Shown here: piece by piece, positions 22,164 to 35,200 of the stretch | How positions within the stretch are numbered: position 1 is the first letter of the stretch | How the letters are laid out: every line of letters starts with the position of its first letter | From: Moniliella sp. 'wahieum' | Lineage: Eukaryota | Assembly (NCBI GenBank): GCA_003971905.1 | Contig: RSEE01000087.1 | Span: forward strand, 124,001 to 188,000 | Direction of reading: 5' to 3' | DNA: 64,000 nucleotides | The notes under the pieces: generated by a model | Seen by the model: the letters and a program-made list of their open reading frames with translations, nothing else | Told to the model about the DNA's origin: nothing | The model's database searches: none | Translations under genes and position numbers: made by a program

Positions 22164-25100
22164 TATATAGTGAGGTTGATATTGAACTGGCCTCTATATC
22201 AAGCGATACTCCGTATGATTAATTAAGGATGTATTAGAAGCAAAAAGGGCGGCTCATTTGCTCAGATTCAGGAGTGCTTTCACGGCATAATCTTATAATT
22301 CCCTGTGTTTTCTCCTCCATTTTATTTTATGATTCCATCTGTTTGTCCCTCCATTTTGCATCTTCATTGCTCCTCCCGCAGTTGGCAACCCTCCTATTCT
22401 GTGGTCTTTGCGGCCTGAATACCTGGACGGTTAAAGAATTGATCACATCTTTACGCTTTTGAGTATGTCCCAGTGATTCCTGGATATTTTGTGCTCATAA
22501 GCCTATGTAGAATGGACAAAATCGGGTTCAATGGAAGTGTCTAGCTAAGGTGTGCTCTGGTGTTACTGTGTGGCAATCTAAGCCTTATTCGTCCCCTATT
22601 CAGACCAGGAAGTCACTGCAGGTCCGAGAGTAGTCGCCCCTGACTTCCCTGTGCAGGTGTCGTTGACCTCCATACATCATCACCGCTACGTATCAACATC
22701 ACCACACCACTTGTGCGATTGCATCGTTTTTGAATGCCATCGCGACTTCATTCCCCATCTGGGAAGAGTGTGACATGTCTGCGCTAATATGTGCTTGAGG
22801 GAACCAAGAGAAGCGCGAGCGTTAAGCGCTACTGCTCGCAGGGCGAGGTGAAATATAGGGCTCATAACTTGAGAATGGGCATTTTTGAAGAAAGATAGAG
22901 TGCGAAGAGGCCAGTATTATACGAAGAGAGAATCCCGCCAAATCATCGGCAAATAATATCTCATCCGAAGCACTCTGCTTCCTGACGCTCACGGCAAAAG
23001 AGGGGAAGGGACTAACCCGAACCCGAATGGCCTATCAAAAAGCCGTTTAGGGTTAGATGGACGTGCCACGCATCACGAGGAAATACGCGTACGTAACCCA
23101 CAACATATAGTTGCTTCTCGTTCCCCGTGGATTATTAATGTCTTGTGTTCAGACGATCGCGGTCACGGTGACCGGCGACTTGTATTTCAAAAAGGGAGTG
23201 ACTACAAGCCTTCTGCCTTTTTCTTTTCCCCACGAATCTACGACCCGGGAATCGGAGGAGATCATCTCCACCCCCCGCTCTTTCAAAAATCCATCAACGA
23301 AGCAATAACCCCCTGCTCCCAGACTTCCCGTACAGGAATGCGGAAACGCTTAAGGGAAACGTGGCGGAAAAAGATGCCGATATGCGAAAGGGTATAACCT
23401 TGGTAGGGTTACCCTGCAGGGACCCTATATTAATGAGTCACCGGTCACCTAACATCAGTGATCACCGATCATCGATCAAGTGAATCGGTCAGTACACCAC
23501 ACAGGCGTGGCGCTTGCGTATTTGGGCAGAAGGGTTCGGCTCTAGGCTGCTGCATCACCGGTCACCGGTCACCTCTTCTCTCAAATGCTTCCAATTCTTT
23601 CACCAACAGTCACCCTCATCGTGTGCTTCAAGCTCGAAGCTTGAATGCCGCTGGGGCTCACCACTGTGCCTTATTGACGCCTTGTTCGAAGGCAGTCGGT
23701 ATCGTATACCAGGAGGCCTGAGCACTATATGCATACCCTGCTGCAGCACTGAAGAGCTACATTTTAGAGAGGGCTTTGCCTTCGACCCTCAGCAACTATA
23801 ACTATACTTGTATGGGCCACATTGTTGAGCCACGGAGAGTGTGCATGGTTGGCCAAAGTCCCTTCACACTCTCAGCAGGTCAAGGACCTCCGGATTTCGC
23901 CAAAGGGTGGCTGTGGTGCGATTGAGCAAGGTCCCTTCTGTTGACCAACACCAGGGGTCTAAGGGCCAACAACTACCTCCGAGGCCCCTTACACACCCGG
24001 GCACCACGCCAGTATCCCTATCCTCTGGCCTTGTGCCGCTCCACCTTCTCGTTCTTCTCAGATCTCATCGATCTCATCCGCAGTCTGGGTTCAACGTGTT
24101 CAACGTTCAACCCCGCTCCTGTCTTCTCTCTACCCCTGCATAACTGCACTTAGGACGTCGCTGGGTACCCAGGATCATTTACTTTGAGTCTATCTTCAGG
24201 CCAGCTTCAGGTCAAGTTCTCGGGCTTGTATTTTCTCTTTTTCGCAGTCAGGCCCGGAGGCGACTGGTTGATCGATGTTACTTCAGGTATCGTTCGTTGG
24301 ATTAGACCACCATCACAGGTATAGGGCGGCTGCATCGCCCTCGCGGCCCTTCAGTATAGCACTCCAGTTCTCATCACCCCCTCGGCTCAGCTGCCACCCA
24401 AGTCCTAACCCTACCCACGGGGCAAAAGATTGACCTTCAAGCTTCAAGCTTCAAAAGAGGCTGAAGCGTGAAGCGATGTTTCTCTGGGTTCCTTGGCTAA
24501 GGGGGGTTGAGGGAGTTGAGCGCGTTGAGCGTTGATTGCGGTCCTCAGCTGGACCAGGGCCCCCACTAGTTCGCCTCGGTTCGACTGGCTTCCGCGCTGC
24601 AGATATCGTGCCAGCGGGCAAAGCCAGTGACACTGCCCCTGTTCCGCACTCCATTTTCTCCTGTGTGTGCGCCTCACTGGCCCTGTGCCCAGTTGGGCAT
24701 CCTATATAGATGCGTTTGTACCCAGACCCAATTATGGCGGCAACCAGTGACTGTTCCTGTACCCGGCCCCCTAGGCTAACACCGGACTCTTAGTAATCCA
24801 CCAGAGGCTCAATTCAAGCCTAACTTGCACCAAAAGATAATGCCAATTTCTGCGATAAAGACGTGGACGCCGTTGGGGTCGATCACGCTTGATGCGTGAT
24901 GCATGATGTGCGTATTCCCTGTATCTTAGGCCTTGACCGCAATATGCTGTAGCATGGATAGCAGTGCCCCTCTTCCTATCTGACAATCTCCTCGTTTCTC
25001 AGAGAGAATCGACCACACGATGTATTGGTTCAAGGAGGACAAGGCCAGAGGAGGCCTGAGCTCCAAACTAGGACCTGTCATTGTGATCTTTCCGTTGGCT

Positions 25101-26249
25101 GCAGCGAGAAAAATGCTACACTGCCCCCAAACTGGCAGCGGAATCCTAAAATTGGGGGAATGCATCCCAGAATTGGCAGAATTTCGAAACGACGCGTCGT
25201 CGATAATCGATTAATTTCCACAATTGAGCGCGCGCCCAAGCCCAGCTACGCCTTGTGGTTTAGAGCCACCATCTCTACCAACCACGCCAGATTTCTGGCA
25301 GCTCTGTCAGCTGGTTTGCGACCCGCCAGCCGCCCCAGCCGCTCGCGTCAGTTCACCACGACCAAGGCTCAGACGCCGACCCGATTGCCCCTCGCCCCTG
25401 CCACTGCGGACCACGCCGCACTGGACGAGAGGTTCTTTTGGCGACGAGACGTTGCGAAGGTGGTGGTGCACCAGGTGAGGCACCAATTGGTAGCAGTACG
25501 TGTTTGCATCTTTCACGCCGGCGCTTGTGAGGCGCTCCAGCCGCGCCTGCCCGCCCGCCCAGCTGATACGTACGCTTTGGTCGCCAGGGCGACATTTTCC
25601 CCTTTGCGCTCCCCTATATGAGGCTTTGTTCATCTGAGCCAACATGCGCCCCAACCCGCCCAGCAGCAGCCTGGCGCATTCATCGCCAGCGCACGGCCTC
25701 CTCCGATCGCTCCAGCTGGCGGCCGCTGAGCAACCCTACTGCGCGGCCCTCGATCCCGGCTGCCGCTCCGCCTTTGGGGAACCACCTCAGCACCCCCAAC
25801 CCTAATCTCTACCCCCAGCCCAGCTCCAGCCCCATACCCATCCCACGTTCCATCCCAGTCCCAATTCCATTCCAATTCCCATTCCCAACTCCATCCCACC
25901 CCCACCCACCCACTCCCCTGCCCCCCCTGGCCCATCTCCTACCTTCCCCCACGCGCCCCCACCGTCCCACCCATCCTCTGGGGGCCACTTCCCCCGTCTT
26001 TCCCCAGCCCTCGTCTTCCCCTTCCTTTGCCCCCCGTCCACGGCCATCGCCACGCCGCAATCCTCGGTCCCGCCGCCGCTGTCCGTGGTGCAGTCCGCCG
26101 CACTGGTTTCTGTATGTTTTTTTTTTCGTCTCTGCTTCCTCCTGGACCGTGACTGATTCGCATCGAAGGGCAAGAGAAAACGGGTGGATCCGGGTGGATC
26201 TCGGAAGGAGCCACATTTGGCCTCGCGCGGCCCTACTATTTCCCATGGA

Positions 26250-28452
26250 ATGAGTCAGCAGGACGCCCATCCTGCTCCTCCCCCTGCAGCATTTTATGAG
26301 CCCATGCCGTGCCCCGCACCCAGCCCATCTCTGCTCTCAGCTATCTCTTTCGCAAGGCGGCGGCGAGCAGGCAGAACGTTCCAAGCAAGACCGCCTTTCC
26401 CGAGGGACGTTGGGTGGAGGCCGTGGGGCGGAGACCTCCAGCACGACTCACCCACTTCCTGCGTCTCGACGTTTGCCGTCTGCCGCTTCGCCCTTCCCTC
26501 CACATGGATTCGTCCCCATGCCAGCGCAGGCGTCAACCTCTCAGTCCAATTCGACCTTGAACTCTTCCTCACTGCATCCGAGGGCACAAGGCAGCCCTCA
26601 GCAGCACTCGCCAGTTCAAGCCCCGTACCCGTCCACCCGCAGCCGCGCATCTGCTTCCCTCTCTTCCCAGTCAACCCCGGGCCAGAACAAGCCCCAGCGC
26701 CGAAGTCAGGACATGCTGAAGCGACCAGCAACGCGCGCCACATCCAGCTCCTCCGCATCCGCCGCTGCCGTGTCCTCCCAGAATAAGGACATGCCGTTGC
26801 CCACTTCAACTCCACCCGCCCCATCCTTCACACGCTCCCGAATGAGTCCCTCACCAGGAAGGGATATCGAACGAGGCGATCAGCGTTCCACCAATGTGTC
26901 CTTTTTTCCGTCCCAATGGCCCACCGAGCAAGGCGGACCAAGTTCGTGCTGCGCAGCTCGAGTGGAAGATATCTTTCTTCTTTCGGGTCGCATCACTCGT
27001 ATTCCGATTCGTTCCCACCGGCCCTACCCAAGGACGCGCCGATCCAAGGCGAGGATTGCCCCGAACAAGGGGATTCTGCGCCGCGGGTTGGGTTCTGGGT
27101 ACTTCCACCTACGACGGGGGGAAGAAACGCTGCGCCCACCGCAACTGGATCCTGTTCTGCTGGAAGAAGGGGTGGAGGAGGGCGACGATCTGTCGCAGCT
27201 CATGGGCGGCGTTGCGAATGCCGTTTCGCCACCCACGACCTCTTTACTCCAGCGAAGGTCGCACCAAAGCAGCCCCCTCGCCCTGTGCTGCGGGATATGG
27301 CAGGCCCCCAATCCAAAGTGACATGGGCTTTCGTTCTGACCAAGGTGGCTACGGCGGAGGCCATCCCGCCATTCCTCAAGTCTGGGCTGGCCAGCGCGCT
27401 GCAGGGTTCGTTTGCGCCTCAGCTACAGGAGAAGGAGGATTGGATCTTTGATTTGGGGGCGGTTGAGCCCCGAGGCAAGTCCCGCGTGTTGCTCCTGCAC
27501 AGCGTCAAGACAGGCATCTTTCATCTGATGCAAGCAGATGGGGCGGTATCGAACCTGCTTCTCAACGATACCCATCTTTCCCCGTGGTACGATCGGGATG
27601 GGTACCTGCTTGAACCTACACGGGAGCGGGCACAGGTAGAAGTGAATGTGCCGCAGTTGACCAACTGTTGGCGCAGCACAACCAAGAGGTCCGCGCACAC
27701 AACAAGGCCGTCAAGCGCTGAATGCGGTCAAGCGCGAGACGGGCATACGATCCAGGGCGGTGGAGCAGGCAGAGAACAGAGTAGAGAGGAAGGGCACGAG
27801 ACATTGGAACAGCTCCAAGAGGAGCTCGCTCAAGCGGAAGAAGCCAAAGAGGCAGTGCGGCAAGAGGTGCAATTTGTGCGTGCGCAGCTGCGCCGCGGCG
27901 GGGGCGGAGATCCAGTGGCGGTGCAGCACGCCAATGCCCTTGCCCGAGCAGAGGAAGAGGCGCACCAGCTCCAGGACGAGATTCGTGCCCTTTCTGTGCC
28001 CGGACCCACGGTGGCCGGCAGGGCAGCGCAGCGGGAGCGCGCAGCGCATGCGCTGTCCTTTTGCGGTCGGAAGAGACGAGCGGGGAGGCCGAGCAGGCAC
28101 GGCTGCGTGCCGAGGAGGTGGCGAGGGCGCAGGCGGTGCTACAGGATGCAAGCCAGTCGCCCGAGGCACGGCAGCGGGCAGAGATTACGCTGCGTGCGTG
28201 TGCGGCGCTGCCAGGCGGCCGAGGCGGCGCCTGAGTCGATGGAGGAGGAGCTGGCGGCGCTTGCGAGGAGGCAGCTGCGTTTGGGCCGTCGGTCGGGTGG
28301 CGGAGGGCGGAGGCGGGGGGGTGGTCCGGTGGATTGATCCGCTCGGCGGGGGCAGGAGGGAGCGCGCCCGCTCATCCGTATACCCGCGGGCGTCTTCGCC
28401 CACACTGCTATGTGCCAGGTGGAGTGGGGAGAGGAGGGAAAGGCGATGGTGA
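26250..28452 (+). CDS. Hypothetical protein with a C-terminal coiled coil (the start may lie further upstream)
   Basis: Protein-like segments spread across frames (VTWAFVLTKV...WIFDLGAV...; ETLEQLQEELAQAEEAKEAVRQEV...LQDEIRAL). Intron-like GTATGT at ~26112. Confidence 0.6.
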
Positions 28453-29290
28453 GGAGGCGACAGGGGCGGAAGATGAACGATGACGATGAGCAGGATGCGA
28501 ACGGTGGATCGCACAGGACGAAACATACAGAGGGCGCCTAGGCCAGCGATAGACGGCCTGCTCCACCGTAGTGTGTCTCCGATCCGACGGGATCAACCAT
28601 TGACTTTTCCTGTAATCATGCAGTTCCAGCACAACTGGCTGCGCGGGGGGGGGGGGCGGAGGGGGCGGAACGAGGCTCCCCAGGTGGGGCAACCAGTTCC
28701 ACGCTGGAGGCGGGTTGTGCGGCGAGGAATTGAAACGTTGCGCTGGGCGGGGAGTGCGGAAGCGCGCGGAAGCAGCGCGCGTGTGTGGACATGTGATGAT
28801 GTTTGATTACCGCCCTGGGGGCCCTTCGCCACGCGGGTGTCGCATGTTTGGGGCGGTGGCACGTGATGGCCGAGGCAGCGCGTCGGCCCAGCAGAGACGC
28901 ACAGGTTATGCGCAGACCCACACCACACCACCCCACCCCCATCGCGCATCCATCCATGGCCGACCCGCACGGCACGCGGCTGCGTCGCCCTCGCCCGGAA
29001 GCAGCCCCTCCGCCGCGCCCGCCGCCTCCATCCCCGCCGCCCGCTTCAAGCGCCGCTCCGCTGCCCCCTCACCGCCGCGTCGCCCGCGCCTGCCCCGCGC
29101 CTGCCCCCGCGCCTGCCCCCGCGCCTGCCCCCGCGCGCACCGCCGCCCCCTCCCCTGGCCAGCCCCTTTCTGCTTCGCGAGCGCCAGCAAGCCGCCGCCA
29201 GCCGAGCTCGTCCAGGCCTCCTTCCATCCGCCTCCTCCTCTGCCCACCGCCAAGCGTCGCCCCGCGCCCACGCTCTCACCCGCGGACAGC

Positions 29291-32200
29291 ATGTCTCTCC
29301 CCCCGACCCCCGCGCGGACCCCGCGCCAGATCGCGCCGGCCCCAGGGTCGGATGCGCCCTCCGCCTCTCACGCGTCTCCTCCCCCTGCGCTTCCCCTCGC
29401 CACACCGGCCAGGGAGCCCGGAACGCGCGTCTGCCACGCCCCCGCGCTTGTCTACACCCGAACCGCGGGAGGCACCAGCACCCGCCCGTACCCATCGCCC
29501 TTACGGCGTGCGTCGCCTCTCCGTCGTGGTCCCGTTCGTCATGCCCCATCTATCGAGAGCGGGACCTCGCGCCCCTCATCTCCTACCCGACCTGGTATGC
29601 TTCCCATCCGCCGTCTCCTACCCGGCAACCGCCTTTGGGAACTCCACGGCAGATCGCGCCTGCTCACATGCTCGAGGCACCTTCTCCCCAAACTTCCCCT
29701 TCGCGGTCCACGACGCGATCGCACACGTCTTCCTCCACTCACACGCGAGACGTTAGGCCGCCCTCGGGCTCTCCTACCGGGTGCCGCTTCCGCCGTCGGA
29801 CGAAGGCGCGTCACCCCATCTGTGGTGCACAGGCATCTTTCCGCCGAGCATGGCCCACCTGAGGAGGGGCCCGCCTACGTCGTCACCACCCCCGGTAGCC
29901 GCCACTGCACCATTACTAGATGCGCCTGAAAGGTCGCCTGTGGCATCGTCTGTCGGCCCCGCCCCGTCCCTCGACGCGCATCACGCCCTGCCTCCCGCAG
30001 GCTCGCTCCCACTTATTGAGCAAGAGCCTTCTTCGGGTTCCAGTCAGTCGGTGCAGACCAGCCCGGGGGAACAGTGGGCCCGCCGTCAACACAGATCCAG
30101 CATTGCTCCTCGCACATACCCGACCTCCAACCTGGCCACATTCCAAGTAACGTCTCTAGCTCGGTACGTGTCGGAACCCTTTCCTCTGCGTTCTTACTCG
30201 TGCCAGAGAGGATCTGACCTTGTTTGCTATCCCCTCCGATAACCTCCCACAGTCCCACCTCCCATCTGTACCGGCCTCGAGGGACAATCGCGAGCGCGAC
30301 CTGCCCCCGCCGCCTCCGTCGTCCACAAGCGCGTCGGTGCAGGAGCGGCGCCGAGCATTTGAGTCACTACGCCTCCAGTCGCGGGATCAGGTTCCACCTC
30401 AAGGGGACGCGATACCCAGTCCCTTACCGGCTCGGATCAAACGCCAGCCCCTCTCTGCCCGAAGCGTATCGACGCTAGCAGAGCAAGCGAGTGTTGCTTC
30501 TGGCGCAGCTGCCTCGGCACAGGACTCGAATCGATCCTCGGACAGGCGAGGAAACGGGTGCGCTTATCCGTGTTTGCCCTATCGAGCTGTACGACTTGAT
30601 CCCCTCGACCTGGCTCGATCGGGGCCGAGACGGGGCGAGTGGAGCGCGGCTGGACAGCTGCCAACGCACACTTGTTGAACATTTGCTCGTCCTAAGCCAT
30701 CGCGCGCCTCCCTACCCCGATCCCGACCATCTTGTCTTTGTCCTTGCTGATATTGCCAAGGTGCGACCGGGGAAGATAGTGAATGTGCTCCCCCCGCTCA
30801 GGGCAAGCGGCGGTACCCCCTCGAAATCCACATGAACGAACCGGGAGATTTGTTCATCTCCTTTTTCTCGGCTCGCGAGCGACTTGATTTTACCATTGAC
30901 CTTGAGTATGTCCCCGATTCCTATCCGGCGTCACTCACACTAACATTCTACGCAGGGACCATGTTCGTCGACACACCATTGCCGGACTTCATCGGCAATC
31001 AGCCCCTGTGGGCGGGCTGACCCCGCTACTGCATACAGAGGGACGGACACATACCCTCACTGCCTCCCCCTCCCCTCGCGTGAGCCAGGCTGCACCAAAT
31101 AGTCCGGGGCCATACCAGATCCCTCCCGCCGCTCCCGATACGCCTCGCATCGGTTCTGAGGTGGACTCTGAGATGGGGTCCCAGCTCTTACCCGGTTGGT
31201 CCGCTGCCGACTGGGCGCGCCGCTCCCAGGCCACAGTCCCCTCTGCTCGGGGAATCTCGCAGCTCGCACCACGCTTCCCAGCTCGCACCCTACCGTGCCT
31301 CATTCCGAGACCCAGCGCCTTTCGCGCCACGGACCTCCTACCGTGCTGGCACCCCCGTCGGACCTGGGCATGCCAAGCATTGCTCCCGATACCGCATCCG
31401 CACCAGTTGGAGGGCAGAGGGGAGGGGCGACTCAAGTCAGGGAGACGCTGGATGAGTCCCATGCACCTCCACCGCAAGCTACGCTGCAGCCCTCGGCATT
31501 GGGAATGTCCACCCTTGGGATTGATGGTGGCCAGGATCCGCGTCCCGTCAACGCTGCCAATCCTGCCACGACAACGACAGGAGGTACACATGTCCCGACT
31601 TTGACGGCGGCGCCTTCCTCGGCGCTGGGCATGTCTACCCTCGGGATCGATAGGGGGCCCCCTCCCACCTCGTTGCTCCTCCAGTGGAACAAAGATCTGC
31701 TGCTGGGGAGGGTTCGTATGCTCCCACCCTCGTCGCAGGCCCCTCCTCAGCACTGGGTCTTTCCACCCTCGGTATGGACCCAACGAGAGAAGAGCGTCCC
31801 CCCGTTGAGCCTGTCGGAGAAGCCCATCTTCCTTTGGAGGTACCCATCCTCGTGCCGAGACTGAGCGTGGCCTGCCTCCCGCGGCGAATGCGAGAATGCC
31901 CTCGGATCTGGGTGCGCCTAGTTTGCCCACTGGTATGGGCGACCCTTCCTTTTCCGGTGCTTCGCTTCTCCAGCGCGAGCCAAGTACCCTGGACAATGGT
32001 ACGGTTGTGGGTGCGCCCACTGTGCTGGCCAGCGACTCGGCAAGTATGGTGAGTGTTGGACCCCCTCCTTCCTACGGTGGGAGTCAGCCAGCCTCGGTCC
32101 TACCGGGTCTGACGAGGGAAGGCACCAGGCGGTTCAATCCGACGCTGCAGGATGTTCCTGAGACGCAGACCAGTGCACGCACAGAGAGCGAGCCGACGCC

Positions 32201-35200
32201 GGGCCCCATTGACCCTTCTACCCTCTCGGCACCAGGAAGTGCACTGAAGCGCCCGCCCTCGACGGTGACGGATGAGTATGCCACCCCTCCCAGGACACGG
32301 TCCGATGCGGCCGCTTCCACCTTTGGCATGGACGATGTCCCAGATATCGCCACGGTCAGGATGCGGTCCGCACCGTCCCCTCAAACATCGCCGTCACTTG
32401 AAAAAGTGCCCCCGTCGGCCGTTGGCTCGATTCGGGATGCCTCGGTGTTGTATGCCGCTCCTTCGGCAGTAGAGAGAACAGACCCTGCTGAGAGGCGAAG
32501 CTTGGTTCACTCAATCAACCTCTCCGCTCGTACAGGGGCTACACCCCAGGTCGACTCAGCTCTGTTCTCGCCTGCCATTTCCCATGTGGCAGTCCATTCT
32601 GTCCAAGGCGCTCCCTCGACGTCGGGTCCGCCATCGACCGAAGGGGCGCCGTCGGAGCAGGGACCCCCTGAGACGCGATCCAATGCACCTACCACAATCT
32701 TTGATTTGTCTGATATCCCCGATATCGGTATGGTCAGGATGCGTTCGTCCTCTCCCTCGTCCCGCTCTCGCACACCACGGCCACGGTCGCCCCAGACGTC
32801 GCCATCACTAGAGAGGACCCCCAAGGCGCGTTCGCCGCCCTCGGCCCCGTCGGCAGTTGGCTCGCTCCGGATGCTTCGGTATTGTATGCTGCCCCGTCGA
32901 CAGTAGTGGGAGCAAGGCATTCAGAGGGAAAGCATGGTCCATTCCATCAACCTCTCCGCTCGGCCAGGACCCTCACCCGAACCGGACCAGTACCCAGATA
33001 TGGAACAGGACAAGTTGGCCGATCCAACACACTTATCTCTTGCCCTTTCCGACATGGGAGTTCCTTCCGTCCAGGGTGCACCCACAGTGCAGGACATGCC
33101 CGACGCACCCTCCGCTCACGCGGTGCCCAGGGTCACTTCCCTCCCTACGGTGCAGCGGCACAGTTTGCAGCTCTCCCCAATGGGTTCGGGCATGCCCCAC
33201 TGGGAAGCGGACGCGGCACGGCGTCGGCCCAGGGAGGCAGAGTCAGAGTTGGAACCGGTGGCTGAGAACGCATTCGAGACGGCGGGGCCGACCGAGTCGC
33301 GCTTGGCTGCGACGTTGCCGCCCACTCCCCACACTGCCTCGCCTGTGCCCCGCATGTTGGAGCTGGCAGACGCGCCTCCGCATCCCACAAGTCAGTTCCT
33401 GGCCCACCTTCGCCCCCCGCCCGTCGAAATGGCGCCCGTCGACCCGGCACCCCACAGCACGGTGCCCGCAACGGACATGACGGCGTTGCAAAATATGGCG
33501 GGCTTGCGAAGGTCGGTGCTTATGGACCAGCCTCGGCCAGTGACGCTCCACACCTTGCCTGATGCACAGCCTGAGCTCCCTCTTCAGCCCGAATCGACGC
33601 TGTACACGCGCATCCCGCCCTCGCCGCCGCCACCCGTGGGGGGACGGCGAGGAAGAGGGCGAAAGGCCACGCCGATCGTGGGATGGTCAAGACACAGCCG
33701 TGCCCCGTCCTCGCTCGTCTTGGACGCTCGGGGACGAGGGAAACCGACGGAGCATGGTCCCGGACGCGCACCTTTCCCATCTCGCCGATCCTCATCGGGT
33801 CAACACGGTGGTGGCGACGGATTATGGAGCGGCCGAGCCAAGGCCGACTGTTCTTCCCGAACATAGGCAGCAGTATGGGCCGGTGCCTGTGCCCTCGTAC
33901 CCTGTCCCGCCACCCGCGGTGGACATGGCTGACGCTCAGGAGCCTCGGGAGCACCACCTTCCCCACGTGCACCTTCCCCATATTCATTTCCCCCATGCGC
34001 CAGCCGACGAGACGACGATGGGAGATACCCCTCATGCTCATGCGCCTTCGGCATGGACCGGTCACGACTCCCGCATGCCGGCTCTCGTTGCGCGGAACGA
34101 GAGTATGCGCAGTACTGCCTCGACCGACTTGTTGCCGTCAGACAGTGCTAGCCAGGTGGGCTCCCGCTTCCGCCACTCGTTCTCCGACCCAGAGCCCGGC
34201 ATGGGCGCCGAGGTCATCCACCATTCGCAGGAGGCCGTGCCGCGCATCGCACCGGTGCCCATGGTGGTTCCATCGCAGGTGCCGACCCAGGCGCCGACGC
34301 TGGCTCCGAGGCAGCTTTCGGCAGATGAGGGGGCCGCCCAGGTCCCGACGGCCCTTACCCCGACGCAGACCCACCCGCAGTTGCCGACGACTGGGAGGAC
34401 TTCAACCCGAGCGGAGCCCATGATCGATGGGCGATGCGCCGCACCACTCTGTACTGCCCATGACCCAACCGCCTCTCCCACACCTTCATGAGCAGGCGGA
34501 GGAGTTGATGCCCATGCCCGAGCCCCAGTACCACTCGTTTGTGGGTGACGACGAAGGCTTCCCCCATGCCGACTTGTACGACAGGGACGCGCCCCGCACT
34601 GCGTACATGGCCGACAGCGAGAGCATCCCCTCGATCGACATGGAGGCCGAGATCCGGGCGCGGCGGCGAGCGCGGTTGCAAGCACAGGAAGGGTCGATGG
34701 CCGACCCAGCTTCGGAGCCACGGGCATTTGGGCCGGGCACCCAGGTGAGCGGCCAGCCGGCCAGCCGGGTCGTCGCGCAGGACTTGCCACCCCGTCCATC
34801 CGCCCCGGCTCGATTGTGCCGCCGACGGTGACGGGGTCGATGGCCCATCCGCCTGCTTCGATGGCAGGAACGGGGTACCCGCGCGCGCCCACCGTCGCTG
34901 CCTCCACGCGCCCGCCGACGGCGGCGTACTCCCACATGGAGGAGCGGCCGCCGGCCATGGCATCCACCCGGCCACCCACCATGGTTGCTGGGCCGCCCAT
35001 GCCTGCGCCCCACACGCGGCCGCCCACCATGGTTTCGGGCCCTCCTGCACCGCGGATGCCCTCCTATGCCATGGGCGACCAACGCGCGGCCTCCGTCCTG
35101 CCAACGAGCGAGATGCGGCCGTCTCCGCATAGTCGAATGACGCGGCCCTCGGGCGTGCCTTCTGTGGTCGACGAGGAGTCATCCCATACCCACCATACCC

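Noticed and set aside
23046..24416. Telomere-like bits (TTAGGGTTAG at 23047, CCTAACCCTACCC at 24404) as interstitial telomeres or a telomerase RNA template
   Set aside because: Fewer than two perfect units each, which is compatible with chance, and no supporting structure identified.
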